From the IMG/VR virus record IMGVR_UViG_3300005253_000004, positions 32,001-96,000 of that record: DNA of 64,000 bases; one strand, 5' to 3'. This document shows, piece by piece, positions 29,976 to 40,108 of the stretch (positions within the stretch are counted from its first letter, which is position 1; every line of letters starts with the position of its first letter). Position numbers and translations under genes: made by a program. The DNA is from a virus. The notes beneath the pieces are model-generated. The model saw only the letters and a list, made by a program, of their open reading frames with translations. It had not been told where the DNA came from and did no database searches.

Positions 29976-31425
29976 CGAACCCCTCCTCCTCCCATATTTT
30001 CTTCCTTGCGGCCGAGTGTCGCTTCAAGATCGCTCCCGTCTGATCATTAAAGTCTATTACCAAAACCTCATGTTTCCCTGCTGCTTTTCTCAAGCCTCGG
30101 CCAATCTTCTGAAGCGCTGCCACTTTGGACTTCCCACCTCCAGCCAAGATGAGGGTGCGTAGGTTGGGTATATCCACACCCTCTTCGTAAATACCTGTCG
30201 CAATTATAGCACTTATTTTCCCAGATTGCAAGTCAGCTATCCCTTTGGTTCTATCCTTGTTCTTTGTAGCCCCGTTATGAACTGCTGGAACTGGAATCCC
30301 CTTATTTATCGCCATTCTTCGGAGGATACTTGCATGTCCTAATCTAGATGTCATCACTAGTGCAGGCTTCGGACACTTGACCAGCTCCTCTATGATTCTC
30401 TTGTTCCTGTTCAAGTTCAGTACGATGGCATGGTCGTAGACATCAGGCCAGCTTTTTGGGCGTCCGATATCTGGCATCTTAATTATCACCACCCTAGGCG
30501 GCGTAAGGTAGCCAGCTTTGATGAGCCGTTCATTGGTAATATGAGCGAGTCTGTCACCAGTACACCCCATGAGGAGCTGGTTGCTGTACTCGTCCTTCAA
30601 GAACGGAGTCGCAGTGAGTCCAAATCTATAGTAAGCACGGCGGAATTGCCGAGACACCGAAACAAGCTGATTACCCACCGCTATCTTGCTGGCTGCGAGG
30701 TGAGCCTCATCGAAGAAGATCTGCTCTGCCCCAAGGAACTGTTTAATTTTCTCGTTGTCACCCTCTTTGAAGAGCCTATCTAGTGTCTGCACCGTAGCTA
30801 CAGTAACTCCTGACGTGTTAGGATCAAACACTCCGTCGCCTATCTGCCCTGTGTCTATGCCGTACTTCTTGAACCTTTCCCTTGCCTGGGTAACGAGGTG
30901 CTTACGATGTACTATAAACATGGTGGGTACTGGTATCGCTTGGCATAAGGCTACAGCCAGCTCAGTCTTACCGCCTCCCGTAGCTATCTGAAGCACACCT
31001 TGAGGCCAGTGGTACCCTGCGGTAGTGCCCATGAATACTTTGTTGTTCACCGCAGCAAGAAAGGCATCGGCTTGGTAATCTCTTAGAGGTACGCTATACT
31101 CATAGCTAGGCATCTGCGGCCTATGCCTTAGGTCGTTGAAGGTGAAGGGCATCGTAGCCAGTGCTGCCAGCTCTGCGTGGATGTAGGGTAACAACCCTGT
31201 AGGAAAGAAGGCACTACCATTGCTAGGGTGTGGCTTACTGAGGATGCTTGTGCGTCCATCCCATCCTTTTGCTCCCTTGGTCTGGAGCCATAGCTTGTGT
31301 TGCCTCATGTACCGGGCACCAGGGGCCATCGTCTTGACAGCCTCCCGTACCTGAGCATACATCTCTAGCTCACCGTCACCTTCTGGCTTGACCAGGGCTA
31401 TGGTGTTGTCGAATTCAATCAGCAT
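29956..31425 (-). CDS. superfamily 2 helicase (UvsW-like)
   Basis: LRDYQ, ATGGGKT, DEAH, GLTATP, EGVDIP, QKIGRGLR. Confidence 0.92.
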   Translation of the reverse strand: MLIEFDNTIALVKPEGDGELEMYAQVREAVKTMAPGARYMRQHKLWLQTKGAKGWDGRTSILSKPHPSNGSAFFPTGLLPYIHAELAALATMPFTFNDLRHRPQMPSYEYSVPLRDYQADAFLAAVNNKVFMGTTAGYHWPQGVLQIATGGGKTELAVALCQAIPVPTMFIVHRKHLVTQARERFKKYGIDTGQIGDGVFDPNTSGVTVATVQTLDRLFKEGDNEKIKQFLGAEQIFFDEAHLAASKIAVGNQLVSVSRQFRRAYYRFGLTATPFLKDEYSNQLLMGCTGDRLAHITNERLIKAGYLTPPRVVIIKMPDIGRPKSWPDVYDHAIVLNLNRNKRIIEELVKCPKPALVMTSRLGHASILRRMAINKGIPVPAVHNGATKNKDRTKGIADLQSGKISAIIATGIYEEGVDIPNLRTLILAGGGKSKVAALQKIGRGLRKAAGKHEVLVIDFNDQTGAILKRHSAARKKIWEEEGFDVKERD

Positions 31426-31696
31426 CTGTCTCCGATCCCCATCGTTGAAGTTTTAGTAGCCCCACGATCCCATCGGACGGAGCTGCATTACACACATTAC
31501 ATTGTGGGGAGTTATCTTCTACGTTCACCGCGTTTGTACCTAAAGTACACCGATGTATGATGTGATACCTACCACTCATGTCTGCTGGTGTTCTTTTGTA
31601 GAGGCACCATAACCCTTCTTCAAACAGGATGGCTCTATCCGCAGATTCCGCACCACTGCGGTGCGGTGGACTAAAGATGTCTTTAAGCTTTATCAT
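31415..31696 (-). CDS. Zn-finger family member
   Basis: EGLWCL..IIHRC..CNVCNAAPSDGIVGL. Confidence 0.8.
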   Translation of the reverse strand: MIKLKDIFSPPHRSGAESADRAILFEEGLWCLYKRTPADMSGRYHIIHRCTLGTNAVNVEDNSPQCNVCNAAPSDGIVGLLKLQRWGSETDAD

Positions 31697-31994
31697 TTAG
31701 TGCCCACCTTGCAAGCGTTATGTAACCTTCCATCTCATCAGGCACACGCTCACCGCATCGCCCGCACTTCCATGTACTTCGGAAAGAGGGTCCGTCAGCA
31801 GCGTCAACAACCACACAGTACCATCGCTCGCCATGTTGGTGGTACCTCCTACTTGTTACTATTGCTTTGCCGGTGTTCAAGACTAGCTGCCAATCTCCTT
31901 GGATAACGGGGGTAGACCCGGGCCACAGTATGACGTCTGCTTCGTATAGTTTTCCTAGGTCATCCCTTCTAGACCACGTATTTCTAGTTGTCAT
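31683..31994 (-). CDS. Zn-finger family member
   Basis: QGDWQL..YHQH..CGRCGERVPDEMEGY. Confidence 0.8.
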   Translation of the reverse strand: MTTRNTWSRRDDLGKLYEADVILWPGSTPVIQGDWQLVLNTGKAIVTSRRYHQHGERWYCVVVDAADGPSFRSTWKCGRCGERVPDEMEGYITLARWALNDKA

Positions 31995-32355
31995 CTACCG
32001 CCCACCTTGCGAGGTTGATGTAGCCTTCCATCTCTTCGGGCACTTGCTCGCTGCAATGCCCACACTTCCACTTATCCTCCCCTGGATAATCTTCCTTGGG
32101 TGATGATGATTTAAAGTAAGAGATTACAGTGTACCATCGCTTACCATGCCTGTGGTATTGCCTGTACCTTAATCTTTTGCCGGGGTAGACACATAGCTTC
32201 CAGTCACCTTGGATTATAGGCGTAGCGTTACTCTGGTGGTACTTCTCCGCCTCATGATCCTCTCTCTTCAAAGGGTCTTTGCGGTACGCCTTCCTTGACC
32301 TCGGGTGCCTGTCATTTGTCGGTGCCACAGACCCTGCGACGGACTTCGTTTTCAT
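31984..32355 (-). CDS. Zn-finger family member (tandem paralog of 31683)
   Basis: QGDWKL..YHRH..CGHCSEQVPEEMEGY. Confidence 0.8.
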   Translation of the reverse strand: MKTKSVAGSVAPTNDRHPRSRKAYRKDPLKREDHEAEKYHQSNATPIIQGDWKLCVYPGKRLRYRQYHRHGKRWYTVISYFKSSSPKEDYPGEDKWKCGHCSEQVPEEMEGYINLARWAVDDN

Positions 32356-32774
32356 GTCTTCTCCAGCTTAGCCTTGACTGCGATCAGTTCTTTGTTGAGT
32401 CTGGTTTGTGTCCGTTGCAGTTTGGTTTTGGCTGTCGCTTTCTTCTTCGCTACGTTGTGTTTGGTGATCTCCTTCTTGTACTTCACCTGCCATGCTTTAT
32501 ATGATTTGTATTCGATCTTGTACTCTTGTAGTTTCTCTTCGTAGATTTCCCTTGACTGCGGCGGTGCGGTTAGGCAAAACTCTGAGCCGCTATAGCATCT
32601 GTAATCTACCTCAATCTTTATGTCTTTTGAGTCCACCTCTGGGTTCTCGTTCTTGAACTTCTCGACAGCCACCAGTAGCTTGGGGAGCGAGATACAATCT
32701 TCACCCAAGCCCACGTCTACCTCTGTCGGCTTGGTCGGCTTCTTCGGTCGGTTACGCATCTTGAAACTACTCAT
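32352..32774 (-). CDS. basic coiled-coil hypothetical protein
   Basis: 140 aa, coupled. Confidence 0.65.
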   Translation of the reverse strand: MSSFKMRNRPKKPTKPTEVDVGLGEDCISLPKLLVAVEKFKNENPEVDSKDIKIEVDYRCYSGSEFCLTAPPQSREIYEEKLQEYKIEYKSYKAWQVKYKKEITKHNVAKKKATAKTKLQRTQTRLNKELIAVKAKLEKT

Positions 32775-33459
32775 CAGTTGGCTCCCTCATAATCCTGTAC
32801 TGTTTGGTTGTGACTGCTTGCTTCACCTTGTTGGTGATAGCAGCCTTCGTATCCTTGCCTTTGCCCATGCCCTCCAGTGCCTCGGCCATCGTGTTCTGCC
32901 CTTCGACCAGCTTCTCCATACCCTTAGGCACCCAATCATGGGTGATGACATACCTCATACACGTAGCTACGTCGGTCAGCCTTGTGTTGAGCCGCTGCTT
33001 TAGCATGTCTATCTTGCCTTGAGGTTGCCCGTCCCTTACCGCTACGAACAACTCTTCACAACAGTCAGCGAAGCTATCAAGCCCGGTGATATCCTGTCGT
33101 AGCTTGCGTGTACTTCGGTACTCCTGCTTACAGGGCGCACACACTACGATGAGGTTGTCAGGTCGTGCCTCACCACCCACCTTGAGTGGTACGTAGAACA
33201 TCAGCCGTGCTGCGTTCAACGTCGCCCTGCCTAGATAGCTGAGGCGTGTGTCGCAGAACACACACTTGCCACGGTACTGGTGGAAGCACGCTTCTGCGTC
33301 TGACACCTTGATCTTTTCATACGTCTGCCATAGCTTGTCCTTCCCTGTCACCTTGGAGTACGCCTTCTCTATCTCGTTGTTGATCTCCTCTATGCCGTGC
33401 TTCAGGAAGGGTGTGTTCAACCTCTTAGGTACACGCCTTGTCCGTTTCTTAGCCTCCAT
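32767..33459 (-). CDS. degenerate HNH-like domain protein
   Basis: CVFC..VPLKVGG..PDNLIVVCAPC, lacking the catalytic His. Confidence 0.65.
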   Translation of the reverse strand: MEAKKRTRRVPKRLNTPFLKHGIEEINNEIEKAYSKVTGKDKLWQTYEKIKVSDAEACFHQYRGKCVFCDTRLSYLGRATLNAARLMFYVPLKVGGEARPDNLIVVCAPCKQEYRSTRKLRQDITGLDSFADCCEELFVAVRDGQPQGKIDMLKQRLNTRLTDVATCMRYVITHDWVPKGMEKLVEGQNTMAEALEGMGKGKDTKAAITNKVKQAVTTKQYRIMREPTDE

Positions 33460-33796
33460 ACTGTAGTACCTCCCAGTTCTGAAACTTCCACACCGCTATC
33501 ATGCCCTCGGGTATCTCTTTGGTGCAGCGCCAGCAATGTGAGCTGTCGTCGGGGTATACCACTACTTGATACACGTAGTTACCTCTCTTATGTGGGTAAG
33601 GTTCCTGCCCCTCGTACCCATTAGGGTAACACACATGCTTGAGCAGCGAGTAGTATTTACTCCGACTTGACCTGAAGCTTTGTCCTTCTTCCGGCTGACG
33701 TAGCTTTTCGATAGTCCAGTCTCCATCGTTAAGTAGCACTTCCGCATCAGCTTGCGCGTCTCGCGCTGCCATGTAGTTAACGAAGGGCTTAATCAT
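33449..33796 (-). CDS. Zn-finger family member
   Basis: DGDWTI..LKHVC..CWRCTKEIPEGMIAVW. Confidence 0.8.
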   Translation of the reverse strand: MIKPFVNYMAARDAQADAEVLLNDGDWTIEKLRQPEEGQSFRSSRSKYYSLLKHVCYPNGYEGQEPYPHKRGNYVYQVVVYPDDSSHCWRCTKEIPEGMIAVWKFQNWEVLQYGG

Positions 33797-33798
33797 AC

Positions 33799-34041
33799 CT
33801 ATACCTTTGCGTCGTGCAACACATCCGTTCCAGCATGGACGACCAGCTCAAGCTGTGTTGCATTGAGGAACACACCAGCTTCATCTACGTCCTCGTTCAA
33901 CTTGGAGTGGATTACTACTAGGTAGTTGCCCAACTTACTTGAGTAATAAATCACTACCTTCTCTGCTCCGTTGAAGTTCTCCGATGTAGCCTTGTGGTTG
34001 TACCCAGGGGGTACTTCGTACTTGTTAATGTCACCCATCAT
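33799..34041 (-). CDS. hypothetical protein
   Basis: 80 aa, coupled. Confidence 0.6.
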   Translation of the reverse strand: MMGDINKYEVPPGYNHKATSENFNGAEKVVIYYSSKLGNYLVVIHSKLNEDVDEAGVFLNATQLELVVHAGTDVLHDAKV

Positions 34042-34472
34042 GCACCTCTTTTGAACGGTTTGTGTAATGAAGTTGAATGAATACCTGCTGGTTTGTTACA
34101 ATCACACTGATCGAAGTCGGAGTCACCTTCCTCTGGTTCGATTTCTATAGGGCAATGACAATCCTCAACGATTGACCCTTTGTCGAACTCCATCGTCCTG
34201 TACTTCAGGTCAACGTCACCGTTTTCTTCGATCTTCTCGTCCTCATAAGGCGCAGCCTTCTGTCTGTCGAACTCAGCGATAGTACCAAGGAGCACACCTC
34301 TGATACTTGCAATGGTATCATAGCACGGGACACTTTTGAACCATCGAGCTACGATCATGTAGATCACATAGGTAACGTGCCCTGCCGAATACCCGTGCTC
34401 ATCCAGTACGAGGCATAGATCATCTAGCCTCTCATCATACTCTTGCCTATAATCTTGTGTGATATACGGCAT
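34038..34472 (-). CDS. DUF6899-like phage protein
   Basis: MPYI...R...G.V.Y...APYEDEKIEENGDV. Confidence 0.7.
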   Translation of the reverse strand: MPYITQDYRQEYDERLDDLCLVLDEHGYSAGHVTYVIYMIVARWFKSVPCYDTIASIRGVLLGTIAEFDRQKAAPYEDEKIEENGDVDLKYRTMEFDKGSIVEDCHCPIEIEPEEGDSDFDQCDCNKPAGIHSTSLHKPFKRGA

Positions 34473-34795
34473 TAGATATAGTTACCTCCTATGTTTGCTT
34501 GCTTGGTGTCTGCTGGTGGTGCCGGTGCCGCTGCCCTCGCTGCCATAGCCTGAAGGTCTGTCATGCTGATTGGTCTCCCGCCAGCACCAGCGCCACCCAT
34601 CAGAGCGGACAAGGGTATCCCAAAGGCACCCTCCTCACTGTCATCCTCGCTTACTTTTTCTGTCACCGTCTTGATGTTGTTGTAGATCACCACCAGCATC
34701 ACCAGTATGCCGGTAACAATTACACCAGCACCGAAGCCGAGCAGTCCTGCCATGATCCAGGTATTTAGTGCTACCACAGTCGTTTGACCTCCCAT
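34472..34795 (-). CDS. single-pass membrane protein
   Basis: Hydrophobic segment near N-terminus. Confidence 0.65.
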   Translation of the reverse strand: MGGQTTVVALNTWIMAGLLGFGAGVIVTGILVMLVVIYNNIKTVTEKVSEDDSEEGAFGIPLSALMGGAGAGGRPISMTDLQAMAARAAAPAPPADTKQANIGGNYI

Positions 34796-36033
34796 AGATC
34801 CTTGATTTTAGCCAAGGCTGTCTTTTCAATCTTTCGTATGCTTTCTCTGCTGTAATCCTTACCACCGTACACTGACATAAGCAGCGGGCCTATCTCCTTC
34901 AGTGCCTTAGGCACCCTGTCCGCTGGATCATGGAAGTATCGAAGTGATATGATCTGGAACTCTATCGTATCTAGGTTGTCTTGAAGTAACTCAAGCAGTT
35001 GCTCCTTCCTATCCTGTGTTTGGATCAGCTCCGTGACATCGGGGTCATCGTTGCTAAGCATCTCACCGATGGTGGTAGGGTTGTTCTTATTACGGTTAAA
35101 GGGTTGATCCAAGTGGATGTAGTTGCTCATGAGTATCTTAATGAGTTCGTCTATCTCTTTAACTGTGAAGGTATTGCTGTCTACCAAGACACCCTTCTCT
35201 TTTTGAATCTTGTTCGCCTCGTTGGTCAGTGCATACAAGTTAAGGTTGTCACTCTCCAGCAGCTCATACGCCTTGACTACGATGAGTATCCTACCCATTT
35301 TGTTTCGAGGTACACGCACCAACCTACTGTTGTTCAGTATCCATTCCTGTATCAATCGCTCGCCTCTGCTGTAGGCGTAGGTACATAGCTTCACTCGCTT
35401 CCCTTCAGGTGTTTGGAAGCAAGGATCATACTTGCGTATGGATTCAAGGAAGTACATCTGTACCTCTTGCACCGCATCGTTTTCATCAACACTCAAGATG
35501 CTAGATGAACTGCTGTTTGCTATCTCATGTGCTGCCATGAGCATGGAGCGGAGCAGCGTGTCCTCTATCTTCGCTACCTCAGCCTGCATACGGGCTAGGA
35601 TCTTGGTGGGAGTCACTAGCTTCACCATCTCAGAGTAGCAGTACTCGGAGGGTAGCATATCAAAGATGAAGTGACTTGCTGCTCGATGCCCAGCAGGGTT
35701 ACGTGTTCCTAGGCGCTGAAGTATACCCTCCATCTCTGTTTCTAGCTGAGCACTTAGCCCCTTCACTCTGGTATTGAAGCGAGCACACAGCTTGGCTACT
35801 GATCGGCCTTCTGCCTTTGTTTGCCGGTATAGATCTAGGTACCATTGCCTGCACTTTCTCTTGGAGAGGATGTACATGCGTAGCTTTTGTCGTGCTATCG
35901 TGTACTCGTAGACCAGTCTGATCTCTTCTCCTTCGGTGAGGTATACTTGGTTGCGTCCTACCTCCTGATACTGTCGATACTTGTAGTGGTTCTTGTGACT
36001 GTCGTACTGCCCTGTATCAGCGTTCACACTCAT
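34771..36033 (-). CDS. sigma-70-family RNA polymerase sigma factor (divergent)
   Basis: DAVQE..ESIRKYDP..KLCTYA (region 2), SRLVRVP, HLDQP, LRY..LKEIG..SRESIRKIEKTALAKI (region 4). Confidence 0.88.
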   Translation of the reverse strand: MSVNADTGQYDSHKNHYKYRQYQEVGRNQVYLTEGEEIRLVYEYTIARQKLRMYILSKRKCRQWYLDLYRQTKAEGRSVAKLCARFNTRVKGLSAQLETEMEGILQRLGTRNPAGHRAASHFIFDMLPSEYCYSEMVKLVTPTKILARMQAEVAKIEDTLLRSMLMAAHEIANSSSSSILSVDENDAVQEVQMYFLESIRKYDPCFQTPEGKRVKLCTYAYSRGERLIQEWILNNSRLVRVPRNKMGRILIVVKAYELLESDNLNLYALTNEANKIQKEKGVLVDSNTFTVKEIDELIKILMSNYIHLDQPFNRNKNNPTTIGEMLSNDDPDVTELIQTQDRKEQLLELLQDNLDTIEFQIISLRYFHDPADRVPKALKEIGPLLMSVYGGKDYSRESIRKIEKTALAKIKDLWEVKRLW

Positions 36034-37043
36034 AGTTTAATCCTATTGACTTTGGAGTCAAGTTTGTACCAGCTATCCAACTTTTGTTTGTTATCCCAAT
36101 CCTCTTTGTTTGTGATAATGCCTTTTACAAACACACCTTCCGAGGTTCGGAGGATAGCGCCGGTTCTCTCATATCTGGTGGCGTTGAGCGAATACCTGTT
36201 CTTCTTGATTGTCAATCCTTTGTACTCTGGAGGTACCCTCGTCGTGAGTGCATTACATGTCTCATTCCAGGTATCCCGAGCATCAAGGTAACCCTTAGCT
36301 CGACTGTCGAGCGAACTATCAAGCAGTTCTGGATAAGGAACCAGTGTTTGAATGGTGCAATCCGGACTGCCACCGGCGTAAATGGAACAATCTTCAAGCT
36401 TGTACCCGTGCTCAAGTGGATTAACAGGGCCACTAAGTACCTTGAGGATAGAGTCATCTAACGCAGGTGGTTGGAACCCAACAGGCTGCTTGTGTGCCCA
36501 CCAGATACCACACAGTTGTACTGCTCCCGGCGGATCCTTTATCAGTTCTTTAGCTTCGCTGATGGTGGCTGCCCTTGCTGGGATCGCATCCAACTCACTG
36601 AATGTGTTGACACCTTCCCATAGCACTACAGCATCTTTGACCCCCTTCTTTCTGTATAGGAGGTAGGGTTTGTCTCCTATCTCAATGAGCATTTCATTAT
36701 CATTGAAATCAATGACACCTGAGGCTAGGAGTTCACCGTCAGCCTCGTTTAGCACTGTAGCAGGTAGCTTGGGTGAGGGGTAGGTGTCCAGTACTTTATT
36801 CATTCTGTATGTAAAGCAACTCGTATTATGCGAATGAAAGAAACTCACACGCTCTTTAGCGGTGTCTAGGTTGATGGCAATGAGGTCATTGCCACTAGGT
36901 CTACCATAATTAGTCGTTGCTCGCACCAGTACCTTACAATGGTCACCATCAAGCACACGGTAGGTACCATGCACTCTCTTCCTTCCAAGCTTGCCCTGTA
37001 GGAAGGCTTGAATGAAAGTAATCGTTGTCCATTTAGTAGCCAT
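36030..37043 (-). CDS. hypothetical protein
   Basis: Long ORF; start re-called at MATKW (GGAGG). Confidence 0.75.
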   Translation of the reverse strand: MATKWTTITFIQAFLQGKLGRKRVHGTYRVLDGDHCKVLVRATTNYGRPSGNDLIAINLDTAKERVSFFHSHNTSCFTYRMNKVLDTYPSPKLPATVLNEADGELLASGVIDFNDNEMLIEIGDKPYLLYRKKGVKDAVVLWEGVNTFSELDAIPARAATISEAKELIKDPPGAVQLCGIWWAHKQPVGFQPPALDDSILKVLSGPVNPLEHGYKLEDCSIYAGGSPDCTIQTLVPYPELLDSSLDSRAKGYLDARDTWNETCNALTTRVPPEYKGLTIKKNRYSLNATRYERTGAILRTSEGVFVKGIITNKEDWDNKQKLDSWYKLDSKVNRIKL

Positions 37044-37044
37044 T

Positions 37045-37275
37045 CTATCTACCTCCGATTTCAACGGTGGGCTCATCCGGCTGATGCTCAGCACCACACG
37101 CTATGCACACTAGCACCTCGGAATTTTCCTTAGTTTCCGTGGGGTTGAACCATTTGGTCAGCTCTACCTGTGTCTCTTTCGGCTTGTTGTTTTTCTTCTC
37201 GTCCGTTGTACCTCCGCAGAAGTGGGTTACTTTCTCATCCATTGAAAACCAATCACTAAGCACAGCTTCACTCAT
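37045..37275 (-). CDS. small zinc-binding protein (HxC..CxxC, possible divergent family member)
   Basis: VTHFCGG..CIACG. Confidence 0.6.
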   Translation of the reverse strand: MSEAVLSDWFSMDEKVTHFCGGTTDEKKNNKPKETQVELTKWFNPTETKENSEVLVCIACGAEHQPDEPTVEIGGR

Positions 37276-37676
37276 GTCAACTCCTGTTGTCCTTTCCATT
37301 CGGCTATGGCTGCTAGTACCTGCTCTCTGTCAATCGACTCAGGTTCTATCGCTGAGTCGTTCCAGATGTCTCGGAGATGCCCGTTGTAGACAAAATCTAG
37401 GATTTCATTCGAAGGGTCCACGAAGTACTCATCGTCCGTGGCTTTGTTGTAGTTGAGCAAACTAAACCCTGAGATCATGCTGTTGGGTATACCAGCACCA
37501 CAACAGCGACACATCGGAAACTCACGGTTCAAGTTTACGATGTAGGCATCACCCTCACGGCCGCTGAAGCGGCAGTTGTGCAGGATGACGGGTCCCTCGT
37601 CCGTGGGGTGGTCCTCAAGCTGCCAGTCTCCATCGACTTGAAGGACTTCACCTGTACCAGGTTCATTTCTACTCAT
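37272..37676 (-). CDS. Zn-finger family member
   Basis: DGDWQL..ILHNC..CRCCGAGIPNSMISGF. Confidence 0.8.
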   Translation of the reverse strand: MSRNEPGTGEVLQVDGDWQLEDHPTDEGPVILHNCRFSGREGDAYIVNLNREFPMCRCCGAGIPNSMISGFSLLNYNKATDDEYFVDPSNEILDFVYNGHLRDIWNDSAIEPESIDREQVLAAIAEWKGQQELT

Positions 37677-37966
37677 TTCATTATGTCCCCATTCTGTAGC
37701 TTGAACAACGCCACGATACTAGGTGGCATTCGCTCAGCGCAGTAAGGACACGCTGTCTTATTACTGTGATGCTCTATCAGCATCCGACAAGGAGCGCTAG
37801 ACACTTTACAGTCGTGTGATATGACTGACTGCCATCCCTCTGTGTCAGCCCAAGAGGTGGGGTGGGGCTTGTGTAGCCCCCACTTTCCTTCCTCGAATAG
37901 AACTTCAGTCGCCTTGATGGCTTCCTTGTGACTGTCTGCCTTCAATGAAAGACCAGAGAGGCTCAC
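37673..37966 (-). CDS. Zn-finger family member
   Basis: EGKWGL..ISHDC..CPYCAERMPPSIVALF. Confidence 0.8.
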   Translation of the reverse strand: MSLSGLSLKADSHKEAIKATEVLFEEGKWGLHKPHPTSWADTEGWQSVISHDCKVSSAPCRMLIEHHSNKTACPYCAERMPPSIVALFKLQNGDIMK

Positions 37967-39180
37967 AACGTCAGGTCCACCTTGACCTTGGTTCCGAACG
38001 GCACGCTATGCCCCTCGTATCCAGGTGGGTGAGCCCAGAGTACTGGGAACTCAGGCGGTATCGGAGGGAACGATGTCTCTAGGTCAGTGAAGGCGATCAC
38101 CATACCTACCTTGTCACGGCTTTCTTCCACCTTCTCAAAGACATCAACGTGTGAGGTGCCACCCCGTGTGGCCTTGATCTTCTTGATGGTGTTGAGGTCA
38201 TACTCTTCTACGTGGTAGCACTCAACGTCATGGAAGTAGATCTTGAGGAACTGACACCCTGTCTCTCTCAGGATACCGGAGCATTCCGATACGAACTGAG
38301 ACAGGTTGTCATCACTGATAGACCCAGAGGTGTCGATCATTATGATGGCACCGTTGGGGCTACGTGTCCTTGAAGGGAGCTTCATCCCGAATGCACGGGA
38401 CCGCCTGTTGTCACGATGGTAGCTGTATCTACCACGGAACATCGAGGTAGCCTGCCTTCGGAGGTACTCCTTCCATGTTACGCTGGGTCTGCGGATATCA
38501 GCCAAGAAATCATCAGCAAATCCAGGGCACTTACCCCTGTTCTTTGCATTGATAGCGGCGGCGATAACGTGTTGCTTCCACTTCTCCACCGTCTCGCTGT
38601 CTATCTTCGCACCATGCAAAGCACCCGAGGTACAGCCACGATCACCAACTTGGCTACCGGGTTTGACATCAGGGCCTTCGCCCCCTTTCCCGTCTTTGTG
38701 CGGGCAATCACCAAAGGCTTTCTGATCCTCTGGGTTTTGGATCAGATGGTAATAGATCTGCTCCGTGGTCTTGCCTTTGTACTTCTCCATGAGTTCATCG
38801 GTGATGTTCTTCTTGCTCACCTTGGACTGTGTCATCCCTGCATCAACGAGGATACTATCCACCTTGATATCAGCAGCGATATTCCACACCTGATGGTTGC
38901 CGCCGTTAGGAAACCGGACGGTGCATCGCTGAACAAGGTGTAGCACTTCGTGCGCGAGTTCAAACATGACTTCTTGGGTCGAAGTCATCTTCTTTATCCA
39001 GTCAGGATGGTACCACATGTTACCTTTATGATCCACGCAGGTAGTACCCACCCCTGCTGTCTTACTCTCGTGGAAAACCATTCGCATTACTAATTCTCCG
39101 AAGAAAGGAAAGGCCATCAACAATTGCATGCGGGCCTTAGTTAGTTTCTCTCTCGGATCGTCGGTGTCAATCTTCTTCAT
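37963..39180 (-). CDS. DUF2201-type metallopeptidase plus VWA domain protein
   Basis: AHEVLH (HExxH), WNIAAD, IDTSGSI (MIDAS), GGT, FTD. Confidence 0.9.
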   Translation of the reverse strand: MKKIDTDDPREKLTKARMQLLMAFPFFGELVMRMVFHESKTAGVGTTCVDHKGNMWYHPDWIKKMTSTQEVMFELAHEVLHLVQRCTVRFPNGGNHQVWNIAADIKVDSILVDAGMTQSKVSKKNITDELMEKYKGKTTEQIYYHLIQNPEDQKAFGDCPHKDGKGGEGPDVKPGSQVGDRGCTSGALHGAKIDSETVEKWKQHVIAAAINAKNRGKCPGFADDFLADIRRPSVTWKEYLRRQATSMFRGRYSYHRDNRRSRAFGMKLPSRTRSPNGAIIMIDTSGSISDDNLSQFVSECSGILRETGCQFLKIYFHDVECYHVEEYDLNTIKKIKATRGGTSHVDVFEKVEESRDKVGMVIAFTDLETSFPPIPPEFPVLWAHPPGYEGHSVPFGTKVKVDLTL

Positions 39181-39342
39181 ACTTTACCCTTTCCCTTAGG
39201 ATTAGCTATCAGACCCTAGTTCAGTTAAAACCCTTAAACTTTTGATCTCAGCGAGGGCCTCTTCACACTCTTGACGTAGTAGTGAGAGCGCTCTTCCGTC
39301 GCTTGTTTGATAAGACCCTCTAGCTTTTCTATGATGTCCATG

Positions 39343-39612
39343 TTACTTCTCCCACTCAAGTAGTTTCTCGAAGCCTTGCATTTCCTTTGGTGCCTCGGCT
39401 CTACACCTCGAACACACAGGCATAAGGACTAGCTGTCTAATCCAGGTCTCTTCGTGTTTGTGATACACCCTGTAGTAGCTATCACGTCCTGTTATTACTG
39501 TCCCAACTCTATCATATCCAACTCTATCATATAGCTCATAAAGCCTCCACTGTTCTGTCTCATCCTCAACGACTATCTTAGGGACATTGGGTACCTCTTT
39601 ACCTTGTCTCAT
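39343..39612 (-). CDS. Zn-finger family member
   Basis: EQWRL..VYHKH..CSRCRAEAPKEMQGF. Confidence 0.8.
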   Translation of the reverse strand: MRQGKEVPNVPKIVVEDETEQWRLYELYDRVGYDRVGTVITGRDSYYRVYHKHEETWIRQLVLMPVCSRCRAEAPKEMQGFEKLLEWEK

Positions 39613-39848
39613 ACCTTTCCTCTATCCCATGACATTAGGTTCATAAAGCCTTGCATCTCCTTTGGTGGTAGCTCACCACAAGTATTGCATGAACCAGGGT
39701 GCCAATCCTCAGCGTAGTCGCGATCACAACGTGACCAAGACCCTCTGTGGCCACCAACTCTACTATGCCAGTGCATAATATAGAGGAGGCCTGACCCCGA
39801 TGTTGCTGTGTGTAGCCTCCAATCACCTTGTCGTACCAAGGCAGGCAC
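39609..39848 (-). CDS. Zn-finger family member
   Basis: QGDWRL..IMHWH..CNTCGELPPKEMQGF. Confidence 0.8.
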   Translation of the reverse strand: MPALVRQGDWRLHTATSGSGLLYIMHWHSRVGGHRGSWSRCDRDYAEDWHPGSCNTCGELPPKEMQGFMNLMSWDRGKV

Positions 39849-39849
39849 G

Positions 39850-40107
39850 TTACCGCTTCCAATTCGTAAGGTTCAGAAACCCTTGTGTCTCAATAGGGAC
39901 AGGCTCAGAACAATCCTGACAGTGGGTTGGACCACACCTAGCTAAGTACGGAGGTCCGTTACGACCACCACCATACCTATCATCATGCCTATGCCACACG
40001 GCATAGTAATCGGTGGGGCTCTTACATATAACCCACTCATCCTTGTCTAGCACCACCTCAGATTGTGACCAAGGTAGTGTATAGTACAGAGCCACAGTGT
40101 TTGCCAT
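39850..40107 (-). CDS. Zn-finger family member
   Basis: DEWVI..VWHRH..CQDCSEPVPIETQGF. Confidence 0.8.
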   Translation of the reverse strand: MANTVALYYTLPWSQSEVVLDKDEWVICKSPTDYYAVWHRHDDRYGGGRNGPPYLARCGPTHCQDCSEPVPIETQGFLNLTNWKR

Positions 40108-40108
40108 C

